Assembly (NCBI GenBank): GCA_016209535.1
Contig: JACQVW010000030.1
Span: forward strand, 1 to 33,966
Length of the DNA: 33,966 nucleotides
Direction of reading: 5' to 3'
DNA from: Planctomycetota bacterium
Lineage (GTDB): Bacteria; Planctomycetota; UBA8108; SXIK01
Position 1 is the stretch's first letter, and each line of letters opens with the position of its first letter. The position numbers were made by a program, and so were the translations under genes. This document shows positions 24,552-33,169 of the stretch, piece by piece. The notes under the pieces were generated by a model, which saw only the letters and a list, made by a program, of their open reading frames with translations, searched no databases and was not told where the DNA came from.

Positions 24552-25631
24552 ATGGTAGTTTCTCCGTCCATGAAACCTCCATCGAAGCCTCGATCGAAAC
24601 CTCCGCGGCGGCGCGTCGATACCCCGCTTGTCTCGAGGACGGCCGGCCGGTTTCACTTCCTCTGCTCCGTGATCCCTCCCTCCTTGGTCGGGATCACCCT
24701 CGCGGGCTGTGCCGGCGGGGCTCAGCCGGGGGAGCCCCTCGAGCGGTCCGGGGACGAGATCTGCGCCGCAGGCCGGCTCTTCCACACGGGCACTCGGGTC
24801 GTCCTCTGGCTCGACCCCGGGGGCTACGACGCCTACAGGCCGCACCGCTGGTTCCAGCCCGGCTTGGCGGGCCCCGCCGAGGCGCCGGACCGCATCGCGC
24901 GTTACGATTCCGTCCGCAAGCGGCTGCCCGAGGACCTCGCCGAGCGCGTGAGGCACCGCGGCTGGACCCTCGAGGATCTCCAGCGGGTCGTGCGCCAAGT
25001 CGTGGTCCACTTCGACGCCTGCGGGACCTCGCGCAGGTGCTTCGAGGTGCTCCACGACGTGCGGGGCCTCTCCTGCCACTTCCTCCTGGACCTCGACGGG
25101 ACGATCTATCAGACGCTGGACCTGAAGGAGCGCGCCTGGCACGCCGCACAGGCCAACGAGGGCTCGGTGGGGATCGAGATCGCCAACATAGGCGCCCACT
25201 CCGACCCCGCGCCGCTCGCGGCCTGGTACGGGGCCGACGAGGAGGGAGTGCGCGTCACGCTGCCCCGCGAGATGGGCGACGGCGGCCTGCCGCCGGGCTT
25301 CGTCGCGCGCCCGCGCCGGCCCGACCCGATCCGGGGGCGCGTCCAGGGGAAGGACCTCGTCCAGTACGACTTCACCGAGGAGCAATACCGGGCCCTCGAG
25401 AAGCTGCTCGTGGCGCTCTGCCGCGTGTTCCCGGAGATCAAGGCCCGAGTGCCGCGGGACCGTCACGGCGGCTTGCTGCGCCAGGCTTTCGGCTCCGAGG
25501 AGGATCTCCAGCGCTTCCAGGGGCTCGTCGCCCACTGGCACGTGACGCGCGAGAAGGTCGACCCGGGCCCCGCCTTCGACTGGGCGCGGGTCCTGGAGGC
25601 GCTGCAGCGGGCGGGCGTGCCGGAGGATTGA
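24552..25631 (+). CDS. N-acetylmuramoyl-L-alanine amidase (Amidase_2/PGRP/AmpD-like) lipoprotein. An alternative ATG at 24570 is in frame.
   Basis: It has a basic n-region then …FHFLCSVIPPSLVGITLAGCAG (lipobox). The amidase_2 core is VVHFDACGT…CHFLLDLDGTIYQTLDLKERAWHAAQANEGSVGIEIANIG. Confidence 0.8.
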   Translation: MVVSPSMKPPSKPRSKPPRRRVDTPLVSRTAGRFHFLCSVIPPSLVGITLAGCAGGAQPGEPLERSGDEICAAGRLFHTGTRVVLWLDPGGYDAYRPHRWFQPGLAGPAEAPDRIARYDSVRKRLPEDLAERVRHRGWTLEDLQRVVRQVVVHFDACGTSRRCFEVLHDVRGLSCHFLLDLDGTIYQTLDLKERAWHAAQANEGSVGIEIANIGAHSDPAPLAAWYGADEEGVRVTLPREMGDGGLPPGFVARPRRPDPIRGRVQGKDLVQYDFTEEQYRALEKLLVALCRVFPEIKARVPRDRHGGLLRQAFGSEEDLQRFQGLVAHWHVTREKVDPGPAFDWARVLEALQRAGVPED

Positions 25632-25791
25632 GCGGCGGTTTGCCTGCCACTTGCCTGAAAGACCCTCCGCCGGGGCGAGACTACGGACGTAAGGGCTTTC
25701 CACGAGCCGGCCGCCCGAGTAGCATCGGCGGCCTCAAGAGTATGCAGGGTGAGTCACGCAAGCTGGCGCTTTCCGGCGCGGGAGGAACCCC

Positions 25792-26397
25792 ATGGAAGAC
25801 TCCTTGAAGGTCGTCTACATGATCTGCGCGACCGCGGGCGGGACGGTCCTCGTGATCCAGACGGTCCTCCTCATGATGGGCGTCGGGGCCGACGCGGACG
25901 CCGATGCCGACGTCGACCCCGGGGACATCCACGACGTCCCCCACGACGCGGGCCACGGCCACGACCACGCCGGCGAGGGCTTCCTCAAGGTCCTCTCCTT
26001 CAAGACCCTCGTGGCCTTCGTCACGTTCTTCGGCCTGAGCGGCCTCGCGAGCCAGAAGAGCGGGCTCGGCGCGGCGCCCACGCTCGTCATCGCGCTTTGC
26101 GCGGGCTCCCTCGCCCTCTACCTCGTGGCCTACCTCATGGCGGCCCTGTCCCGCCTCCAGTCGAAGGGCAACCTGGACCTGAAGAACGCGGTCGGCGAGA
26201 CCGCCAAGGTCTACCTGCGCGTGCCCGGCGAACGCTCGGGTCAGGGCAAGGTGATCGTGGCGGTCCAGGGGCGCAGGGTGGAGTGCAAGGCGGTCACTGC
26301 CGGCCCGGAGATCCCGACGGGCGCCGAGGTGCAGGTCGTCGGGACGAGCACGCCGGACACGCTCGAGGTCCTCGTCGCAGAAAGGAAGGGAGCCTGA
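25792..26397 (+). CDS. NfeD-family membrane protein (short YuaF/YqiJ type) with a C-terminal OB-fold
   Basis: GGAGGAA SD. It has two TM segments and a His/Asp-rich loop (ADADADADVDPGDIHDVPHDAGHGHDHAGEG). The C-terminal beta-barrel is GETAKVYLRVPGERSGQGKVIVAVQGRRVECKAVTAG. It lies 1 nt upstream of the flotillin gene. Confidence 0.85.
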   Translation: MEDSLKVVYMICATAGGTVLVIQTVLLMMGVGADADADADVDPGDIHDVPHDAGHGHDHAGEGFLKVLSFKTLVAFVTFFGLSGLASQKSGLGAAPTLVIALCAGSLALYLVAYLMAALSRLQSKGNLDLKNAVGETAKVYLRVPGERSGQGKVIVAVQGRRVECKAVTAGPEIPTGAEVQVVGTSTPDTLEVLVAERKGA

Positions 26398-26398
26398 C

Positions 26399-28027
26399 AT
26401 GGACGACCTCTATTTACCGGCGATCGTCGTCGCCATCGTGCTCATTCTCTTTGGCTTCTTGATGCTGCTCGCGAAGCGCTACAAGCGCTGCCCGTCGAAC
26501 CGCGTCCTCGTCGTCTACGGGAGGACCCGGGAAGGGCGCGTCGCGAAGACCATCCACGGCGGCGGCACGTTCGTGTGGCCCCTCATCCAAGACTACGACT
26601 TCCTCCACCTGGACCCGATCCAGATCGAGATCGACTTGAAGGGGGCCCTCTCGATGGAGAACATCCGCGTGGACGTGCCCAGCGTGTTCACGGTGGCCAT
26701 CGGCACGGACCCGGAGACCATGCAGAATGCGGCCGTGCGCCTCCTCGGCCTCTCCGCGGACGACATCACGAAGCAGGCCCAGGACATCATCTTCGGCCAG
26801 CTCCGCCAGGTGATCGCCTCGATGAAGATCGAGGACATCAACCGGGACCGCGAGAAGTTCCTCGAGAGCATCCAGAGCTCGCTGGAGCCCGAGCTCGAGA
26901 AGATCGGCCTCGACCTCATCAACGTCAACATCACGGACCTCACGGACGAGTCGGGCTACATCGAGGCCATCGGACGCAAGGCGGCGTCGCAGGCGATCCA
27001 GCAGGCCGAGATCGACGTCGCGGACCAGGTGAAGCGCGGTGCCATCGGCGTCGCCGAGGCCAACAAGGAGAAGGCGATCCAGGTCTCGAACGCCGTCAAG
27101 GTCCAGGAGATCGGGACCAAGGAGGCGGAGAAGGACAAGATGGTCCGGGTCGCCCAGCTCGAGAAGGAGAAGGCGGTCGGCCAGAAGACAGCGGCCTTCC
27201 AGCAGGAGGCGCAGATCAAGGAGGCGGAGCGGCAGATGAGGATCGCCGTCGCCGAGGCCAACGCGAAGGCCGTGGCGGGCGAGAACATCTCGAAGGCCGA
27301 GATCGCCGATACCAACGCGCACTTGCGGGTGAAGGAGGCCGAGGCCTACCAGCGCGGCGAGGCGCGCCACCGGGAGGCCGAGGCGGCCGTGCGCGAGGCG
27401 CAGTACCTCGCGGAGACGCGCGCCGCGCTGGCCATGGCTGCGAAGATCGAGGCCGAGAAGCGCGCCGAGCTCGAGGCCGTGGCGAAGGCCGAGAAGGCGA
27501 AGCAGATCGTCCAGGCCGAGGCCCAGGCCGAGAAGACGCGCATCGAGGCCGAGGGGCAGGCGGCCGCGATCTTCGCGAGGCTCGAGGCCGAGGCTCGCGG
27601 CAATTACGAGATCCTGGCGAAGAAGGCCGAGGGCTTGAGGCGCATCGTCGAGGGCTGCGGGGGCTCCCAGCAGGCCTTCCAGATGCTCATGCTCGAGCAC
27701 CTCGAGCAGCTCGCCCAGACGGCGGCCACGGCGATCTCGAACATCAAGTTCGACAAGGTCGTGGTCTGGGACGGCGGCGCGAACGCGAACGGCGCCCCCG
27801 CCGGCGCGGCGGGCTTCCTGCAGAGCCTCGCCCGGTCGATCCCCCCCATGCTCAACATCATGCGGGACGTGGGCGGCGTCCAGATGCCGGACTTCTTCGG
27901 GAAGCTCGTGGGCGAGACGGACGGAGCGGCGAGCGGCACGGCGGCGGGGCCGGCCCCGCCCGCGCCCTCCGTGCCGGCCGCCTCGGCGGCGACGCAGGCG
28001 GCCAAGCCGAAGGCGGGGGCTTCGTGA
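26399..28027 (+). CDS. flotillin-like SPFH/band-7 protein (FloT/YuaG/YqiK type)
   Basis: It has an N-terminal TM segment and an SPFH domain (…VFTVAIGTDPE…FGQLRQVIASMKIEDINRDREKF…). There is an EA-rich coiled-coil 'flotillin' region and an Ala/Pro-rich tail. Confidence 0.9.
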   Translation: MDDLYLPAIVVAIVLILFGFLMLLAKRYKRCPSNRVLVVYGRTREGRVAKTIHGGGTFVWPLIQDYDFLHLDPIQIEIDLKGALSMENIRVDVPSVFTVAIGTDPETMQNAAVRLLGLSADDITKQAQDIIFGQLRQVIASMKIEDINRDREKFLESIQSSLEPELEKIGLDLINVNITDLTDESGYIEAIGRKAASQAIQQAEIDVADQVKRGAIGVAEANKEKAIQVSNAVKVQEIGTKEAEKDKMVRVAQLEKEKAVGQKTAAFQQEAQIKEAERQMRIAVAEANAKAVAGENISKAEIADTNAHLRVKEAEAYQRGEARHREAEAAVREAQYLAETRAALAMAAKIEAEKRAELEAVAKAEKAKQIVQAEAQAEKTRIEAEGQAAAIFARLEAEARGNYEILAKKAEGLRRIVEGCGGSQQAFQMLMLEHLEQLAQTAATAISNIKFDKVVVWDGGANANGAPAGAAGFLQSLARSIPPMLNIMRDVGGVQMPDFFGKLVGETDGAASGTAAGPAPPAPSVPAASAATQAAKPKAGAS

Positions 28028-28907
28028 GGCGCGATTCCAGCTCCACCCTCAGCCCCAGCCTCGCCTCCACCCCAAGCAGCCGCTTCAGATCGGCGAACCC
28101 CGCCATGCGGCCCGCGAGCGCGCCGGCGCGGCCTTCGCGCAGGAACGCCTCGGCCAGCTCGCGCACGGCGTGGACGGTGACGAGCAGGGTCTCGATGGGC
28201 AGGACCGCGACCTTGTAGCCCATCGCCTCGAGCTCGGCCGCGGGCAGGACGGGCGTCTTTCCCCCGGTGAGCACGTTGGCGAGCTTGGGGCCCGGGACGC
28301 GCCTCGCGACCTCCTCGAGCTCCGAGCGCGAGAGCGGGGCCTCGACGAAGGCCATGTCCGCTCCCGCCCCGCGGCAGCGGTTCGCGCGGTCGATGGCCTC
28401 GCCGAGCCCCAAAGGCTCGCGCGCGTCGGTTCGCGCCACGATGACGAGGTCCGGGTCGCTCCTCGCGCGGGCTGCGGCCTTCACCTTGAGCTCCATCTCG
28501 CGGGCCGGGATCACGCGCTTCCCCTCGAAGTGACCGCAGCGCTTGGGGGACTCCTGGTCCTCGAGGATCACGCCCGATGCGCCTGCCCGCTCCAGCTCCT
28601 CGACGGTGCGCGCGACGTTGTGCAGGTCGCCGTGGCCCGTGTCGCCGTCGGCGATGAGGGGCACCGTGAGCCGCGCGGCCACGCGCCGCGTCGCCTCCGC
28701 CATCTCGCCGAGCCCGAGGTACCCCAGGTCCGGGAGCCCGAAGGCGCTCGCGCTGACCCCGAAGCCGCCGAGGAAGAGGATCTCGAGGCCCGAGCGCTCG
28801 CAGACGAGGGCGGTGAGCGCGTCGTGCGGCGCCATCGCCCGCACGAGCCCGGGCCGCGCGAGGAGCTCGCGAAGCTGGCGGCGGGGGTTTTTCGTGGGGT
28901 CGGGCAT
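27858..28907 (-). CDS. isocitrate lyase/PEP mutase superfamily enzyme (2-methylisocitrate lyase / PrpB-like)
   Basis: MPDPTKNPRRQLRELL…ILFLGGFGVSASAFGLPDLGYL…IADGDTGHG…GVILEDQESPKRCGHFEGK…VARTDA… The KRCGH and DGDTG motifs are present. The last ~55 codons are a low-complexity tail overlapping the convergent flotillin 3' end. Confidence 0.8.
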   Translation of the reverse strand: MPDPTKNPRRQLRELLARPGLVRAMAPHDALTALVCERSGLEILFLGGFGVSASAFGLPDLGYLGLGEMAEATRRVAARLTVPLIADGDTGHGDLHNVARTVEELERAGASGVILEDQESPKRCGHFEGKRVIPAREMELKVKAAARARSDPDLVIVARTDAREPLGLGEAIDRANRCRGAGADMAFVEAPLSRSELEEVARRVPGPKLANVLTGGKTPVLPAAELEAMGYKVAVLPIETLLVTVHAVRELAEAFLREGRAGALAGRMAGFADLKRLLGVEARLGLRVELESRLTKPPPSAWPPASPPRRPARRARAGPAPPPCRSPLRPSRPRASRRSPASGRRPRPA

Positions 28908-28933
28908 GAGGGGCGGCCTATTATGGACGGACC

Positions 28934-29803
28934 ATGAGGCCCCAGAAAGGCAGAAAGGTGGCGCTGACGGCCGCCGCCATCGGCTCTTTGGTCCTGGGCG
29001 GCGCGGCCCTCGCCTCGCGGGACGTTCTGCGCGACGCGTGGTGTGTCGCCTCCGAGCTTTCCTCCCGGGACGAGCAGGTCCGGCGCAAGGCGATCGAGTG
29101 GCTCGGCGAGCGCGGCTCGACGCTCGCCGCGCCATGGCTCCTCGAGATCGGGGGTAGGGGAACCGCAGCCTACGGGGTCCTGGAGACCAGCCTGACGAGC
29201 GAGCCCCCGTCCGAGGAGACCTTGGCCCTCGAGGCCCTCTCGAAGATCCCCCTCGGCGACCCGTGGTACCTCGGGCGGCTGGGGACGGGCAGCCTCGAAG
29301 CGCGCCGCGGCTGCATCCGGCGCCTGGGCCGTTCCCGCTGCGAGCTCGCAGCCCCCCGGCTCCGCGAGATCGCCGCCGCCGAGCCCGCGCTCAGGAACGC
29401 GGCGGCCGTGGCCCTGGCGAAGGTCCTCGCGGCCGTCCGGCCCGTCATCTCCGAGGAGCCGCCGCACCTGCCGACGCGTCACTTCCGCCGGTTCCGCCTC
29501 ACGAACCCGACCCCTTGCGACCTCAAGTACACGAGCGTCGCGGGGACGATGCCTGACTGCGTGCTCCGGCAGAAGGACGACGGCGGCTGGCGCCGTCTCT
29601 TCGAGGACCACCGGCACGCTCCTGGCCGTCACCTGGAGCACGTCCTCGCGCCCGGCGAGTCCGTCTCCTTCGTGGTCTCGGTCCTCCGTCCCAACCAGGC
29701 GGAGCGCCCCCTCCAGGTGGGCGTCCCCGTCGCGGGCGTCACGCTCCCCGGCCCTCCCGAGGCGGGCATCCTGTGGAGCGAGGAGCTCGGACCTTGCCCA
29801 TAG
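28934..29803 (+). CDS. hypothetical exported protein with HEAT/PBS-lyase-like repeats
   Basis: It has an N-terminal hydrophobic segment, KVALTAAAIGSLVLGGAALA. The repeats are RKAIEWLGERGSTLAAPWLLEI and RRGCIRRLGRSRCELAAPRLREIAAAEPALRNAAAVALAKV. GC3 is high. Confidence 0.6.
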   Translation: MRPQKGRKVALTAAAIGSLVLGGAALASRDVLRDAWCVASELSSRDEQVRRKAIEWLGERGSTLAAPWLLEIGGRGTAAYGVLETSLTSEPPSEETLALEALSKIPLGDPWYLGRLGTGSLEARRGCIRRLGRSRCELAAPRLREIAAAEPALRNAAAVALAKVLAAVRPVISEEPPHLPTRHFRRFRLTNPTPCDLKYTSVAGTMPDCVLRQKDDGGWRRLFEDHRHAPGRHLEHVLAPGESVSFVVSVLRPNQAERPLQVGVPVAGVTLPGPPEAGILWSEELGPCP

Positions 29804-29983
29804 CGCGAGCTCCGCTGCAACCTGCCGGCGAGCCCGTCCGATTCGAGGCCGTTGCGCCCCCCACGGATTTCCCCTTGCACGCCATCGTCCGTCTGCATGC
29901 AATAGGCGGCCCGGGAACAAGCTCCCGTACCTGGGCACGAAGCGGCGAGATCCCACCGACCACCCGATAGAGACCCCACCCCC

Positions 29984-30295
29984 ATGCTCAGCCACGACGT
30001 CTACTTCACCCTCAAGGACCGCTCCCCCGAGGCCGCCGCGAGGCTCGTCGCGACCTGCAAGAGATACCTCTCGGGGCATCCGGGCACCCTCTTCTTCGCC
30101 GTGGGCACGCTCGAGCCCGAGCTGGCGCGGCCCGTGAACGACCGCGACTTCGACGTGGCCTTGCACGTCGTCTTCAAGGACCGCGCCTCCCACGACCTCT
30201 ACCAGAAGGATCCACGGCACCACCAGTTCATCGCCGAGGAGAAGGCGAGCTGGGAGCGCGTGCGGGTCTTCGACTCGATCGTGGAGGGGGTGTAG
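29984..30295 (+). CDS. Dabb-family stress-responsive dimeric alpha/beta-barrel protein
   Basis: MLSHDVYFTLKDRSPEAAARLVATCKRYLSGHPGTLFFAVGT…FDVALHVVFKDRASHDLYQKDPRHHQFI. The 103-aa size and motif fit PF07876. Confidence 0.75.
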   Translation: MLSHDVYFTLKDRSPEAAARLVATCKRYLSGHPGTLFFAVGTLEPELARPVNDRDFDVALHVVFKDRASHDLYQKDPRHHQFIAEEKASWERVRVFDSIVEGV

Positions 30296-30340
30296 AGCTC
30301 GAGAGACGCGGCGCGGCGCGCTCCTCGAGGAGGCACCGCT
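30296..30340. terminator. GC-rich imperfect hairpin between convergent genes (CTCGAGAGACGCG…CGCGCTCCTCGAG). Candidate bidirectional terminator.
   Basis: It has about 10/13 complementary positions. There is no clear U tract. Confidence 0.25.
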
Positions 30341-31534
30341 TCACGCGAGGAGGAGCACCTTCGCCCCGAGCCCTTTCGGCGTGCGCGCGGGCTTCAGGCA
30401 TGCCGGCCTGGGACGGAGCGGCCTGCGCGCCGCCGTGGCTCGGTGCCGTCTCCGGTCGAAGATCACGAGGTGGCCGCGGTCGAGGCCCATCCTCTCGAGG
30501 TACATCTCGAGCTGCGCCAGGCCGTCCTTCCGCGGGTCGGGCTTCCCCTGCCTCCAGACCTTGAGCTCCACCGCCTCCCGCTGCCACTTCCGCTCGCCCG
30601 AGGGGAGCTTGTAGGGCCAGCGCACAAGCAAGTCGATCCGCCCGCGGCCGACCCCGTACTCGCGGTCGACGTAGCCGGCGCCGTTCACGATGCCCTGAAT
30701 GTAGGCCTCCTCCACGTGCTCCGCGGTGATGGCCGCAGGCGCCTCGATGCGCATCTTCTCCAGGATCTCGCGCGCCAAGGCGTTCACGAGCCATGGCTGG
30801 CCCTGGGTCAGCTCGAACGCTCGTTCCACGGCCTCCTTGGTGAACGGCTGGCCCGCCTCCAGCTCGTGCCGGCGATACAGCTCGGCCAGGGTCTCAAGGC
30901 TGAAGTCCCCCAGGCGCAGGGAGTCGACTTTGATGTTGAACGGGCTCGAGGTCCCGAGCCGGCTCGGGTCGCCGCCGCTCGCTGCCTTGTAGTCGCGGAC
31001 ATCCCGGAGGCCGCAGAGGATCACGGAGTGGGGGAAGTCCTTCGGCCGGCGCGCGTATCCCGTGCGAAGCTGCCGCAGCACGGACCTGAAGCTCTCGCCC
31101 CTCAAGGCGTCGATCTCATCGAAGATGAGGACGAGAGGGCGAGGGCACTTCCTGGCCCACGCCACGAGAGCCGTCTGGAGCATGGCGAGCTTCGGCGCCT
31201 TCGGCCAGGCCCGCGGAGGCCTGAGAGGTCCGGGGAGCTGGCTCTCCGCCTCGATTCGAAGGGTGGCGAGGACGGCTTCTTGCGCCGCGGCGTAGTCGTC
31301 TCCGGCGGGCTCTCCCGACTCGCACGAGAAGTGCAGCGCCGCGTACTTTCCGCTCGCGGTGAGGGCCTCCGCGAGCGCCATGAGCGTCGTCGTCTTCCCG
31401 GTCTGCCGCGGCGCGTGGACGACGAAGTACATGCCCTGCTCGGCGAGCGTCCTTGCCTCCGGAAGCCGCTCCATGGCGGGGACCATGTAGTGCAGGTCGG
31501 GCCGGCACGGACCCGCCGTGTTGAAGTAGCGCAT
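30341..31534 (-). CDS. AAA_35-type ATPase fused to a C-terminal PD-(D/E)XK nuclease-like domain
   Basis: The N-terminus MRYFNTAGPCRPDLHYMVP is the hallmark of the AAA_35 family. Walker A is APRQTGKTT and Walker B is LVLIFDEID. The C-terminus …GRGRIDLLVRW…REAVELKV is a D…E-x-K nuclease motif. Confidence 0.85.
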   Translation of the reverse strand: MRYFNTAGPCRPDLHYMVPAMERLPEARTLAEQGMYFVVHAPRQTGKTTTLMALAEALTASGKYAALHFSCESGEPAGDDYAAAQEAVLATLRIEAESQLPGPLRPPRAWPKAPKLAMLQTALVAWARKCPRPLVLIFDEIDALRGESFRSVLRQLRTGYARRPKDFPHSVILCGLRDVRDYKAASGGDPSRLGTSSPFNIKVDSLRLGDFSLETLAELYRRHELEAGQPFTKEAVERAFELTQGQPWLVNALAREILEKMRIEAPAAITAEHVEEAYIQGIVNGAGYVDREYGVGRGRIDLLVRWPYKLPSGERKWQREAVELKVWRQGKPDPRKDGLAQLEMYLERMGLDRGHLVIFDRRRHRATAARRPLRPRPACLKPARTPKGLGAKVLLLA

Positions 31535-31646
31535 GGCGACACTCCAATCCTGCGTAGCTCGCGGTTCCAGCGGGCCGGACGGCCCGCCGCACAGTCTGGC
31601 TCAAGCCGCAGCAAAGCTCGCCGCTCGCTCCCGCAAGCCGGCGCGA

Positions 31647-32819
31647 CTACTTGCTCACCGAGAACCGGTGGATCGTGGTCGATCGGTACGTCTTCCCCGG
31701 CCTGAGGATCGTCGAGGGGAAGCTCGGCTGGTTCACCGAGTCGGGGTAGTGCTGCGTCTCGAGGCAGAGGCCGTACCGCTTCTGGTAGACCTTGCCGCCC
31801 TTCCCCTTCACGGTGCCGTCGAGGTAGTTGCCCGTGTAGAGCTGGATCCCGGGCTCCGTCGTCAGAATCTCCATCACGCGCCCCGTCTCGGGCTCCCGCA
31901 CGCGCGCTGCGAGGGCGATGTTCCCCGTCGGGTTGTCCAGGACGTAGTTGTGGTCGTAGCCGCCGGGGTTCCCCGCTCCGGGATCGGCCGCGAGCTGGTC
32001 GATCCTCGCGCCGATGGTCATGGGCGAACGGAAGTCCATGACGGTGCCCGCCACGGGCGCGATCTCGCCCGTCGGGATGCCCGTCGCATCGACGGGCGTG
32101 TAGTTGCCGGCGGCGATCGTGAGCTCGTGGCCCAGGATGTCTCCGCTCCCGGGGCCCTTGAGGTTGAAATACGAGTGGTTCGTGAGATTGACCGGCGTGG
32201 CCTTGTCCGTCGTGGCCTTGTAGTCGATCCGGAGCTCGTTCGAGTCCGTGAGGGTGTAGGTGACCTCGATCGCGAGGTTCCCCGGGTACCCTTCCTCGCC
32301 GTCGGGGCTCAGGTAGCTGAGCTGGACGGCCACGCCATCGGGGCTCCGGACCTCCTTGGCCCTCCAGACGCGCTTGTCGAGGCCCATGTCTCCGCCGTGG
32401 AGGTGGTTCGGGCCGTTGTTCTTCGCGAGCTGGTGCTCTTTCCCGTCGAGGGTGAACTTCCCGCCGGCGATCCGGTTCGCGACGCGGCCCGTCGTGCATC
32501 CGAAGTACGGGTGCCCCTTCAGGTACCCTTCGAGGCCGTCGAACCCAAGCACGACGTCGCCGGCCTTGCCGGACCGGTCCGGGACGTGCAGCTCCGTGAC
32601 GAGCGCCCCGTAGGTCGTGATCTTCGCCACGAGGCCGCTCTTCGTGGTGAGGGTGTACAGGTCCACGGCCTCGCCGGCCGCCGTCTTGCCCCAAGCTTCC
32701 TTCTTCACGGTTCCCATGCCTCCCGATCCCCCTTTCCCTCCCATGAGGCCGCAGCCAGTAACGCCCAGTACCATGGCGCCCGCAGCCCCGAGGGCGCGAG
32801 CTGTTCTTCCGAGGCTCAA
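31647..32819 (-). CDS. aldose 1-epimerase (galactose mutarotase) lipoprotein
   Basis: GGGGA-N7-TTG start. Lipoprotein signal is MSLGRTARALGAAGAMVLGVTGC. Mutarotase motifs include …GFDGLEGY…YFGCTTGRVANRI…HLHGG…NHSYFNL…ETQHYPDS…. Confidence 0.8.
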   Translation of the reverse strand: MSLGRTARALGAAGAMVLGVTGCGLMGGKGGSGGMGTVKKEAWGKTAAGEAVDLYTLTTKSGLVAKITTYGALVTELHVPDRSGKAGDVVLGFDGLEGYLKGHPYFGCTTGRVANRIAGGKFTLDGKEHQLAKNNGPNHLHGGDMGLDKRVWRAKEVRSPDGVAVQLSYLSPDGEEGYPGNLAIEVTYTLTDSNELRIDYKATTDKATPVNLTNHSYFNLKGPGSGDILGHELTIAAGNYTPVDATGIPTGEIAPVAGTVMDFRSPMTIGARIDQLAADPGAGNPGGYDHNYVLDNPTGNIALAARVREPETGRVMEILTTEPGIQLYTGNYLDGTVKGKGGKVYQKRYGLCLETQHYPDSVNQPSFPSTILRPGKTYRSTTIHRFSVSK

Positions 32820-32923
32820 TGGAGATTCCCCCACTCGCGGTCCATCGTTGTCTTGTCCGGTGACGAGGCCGGCATGATAGCAGATCGGGGCGCCGGGGGA
32901 ACCCCCGGGGGATACCCCTCCGC

Positions 32924-33169
32924 TCACCCCGCGACCTGCCGCCAGAGCGCCCACCCATAGACGGCGGCCAGGTAGCCCCACATGCCGGTGAACGCGAAGT
33001 GCACCGCCGTGTTGAGCCGGTGGCCTCGCCAAAGCCTCGCGTCGTAGACGAAGAGCTGGACCGCGAGGCGAGCTCCCCAGAAGAAGGTGAGCCCGGCGAG
33101 GACCAGGCGCGCGAGCGCGGTCCTCTCGAGCAGGGCCTCCGTGCCGAGGAGCGAGATGGAACCCATCAT
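32924..33169 (-). CDS. small integral membrane protein, 81 aa, start overlapping the upstream stop (ATGA)
   Basis: MMGSISLLGTEALLERTALARLVLAGLTFFWGARLAVQLFVYDARLWRGHRLNTAVHFAFTGMWGYLAAVYGWALWRQVAG. It has two hydrophobic helices. The ATG overlaps the TGA of the methyltransferase gene. Confidence 0.5.
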   Translation of the reverse strand: MMGSISLLGTEALLERTALARLVLAGLTFFWGARLAVQLFVYDARLWRGHRLNTAVHFAFTGMWGYLAAVYGWALWRQVAG

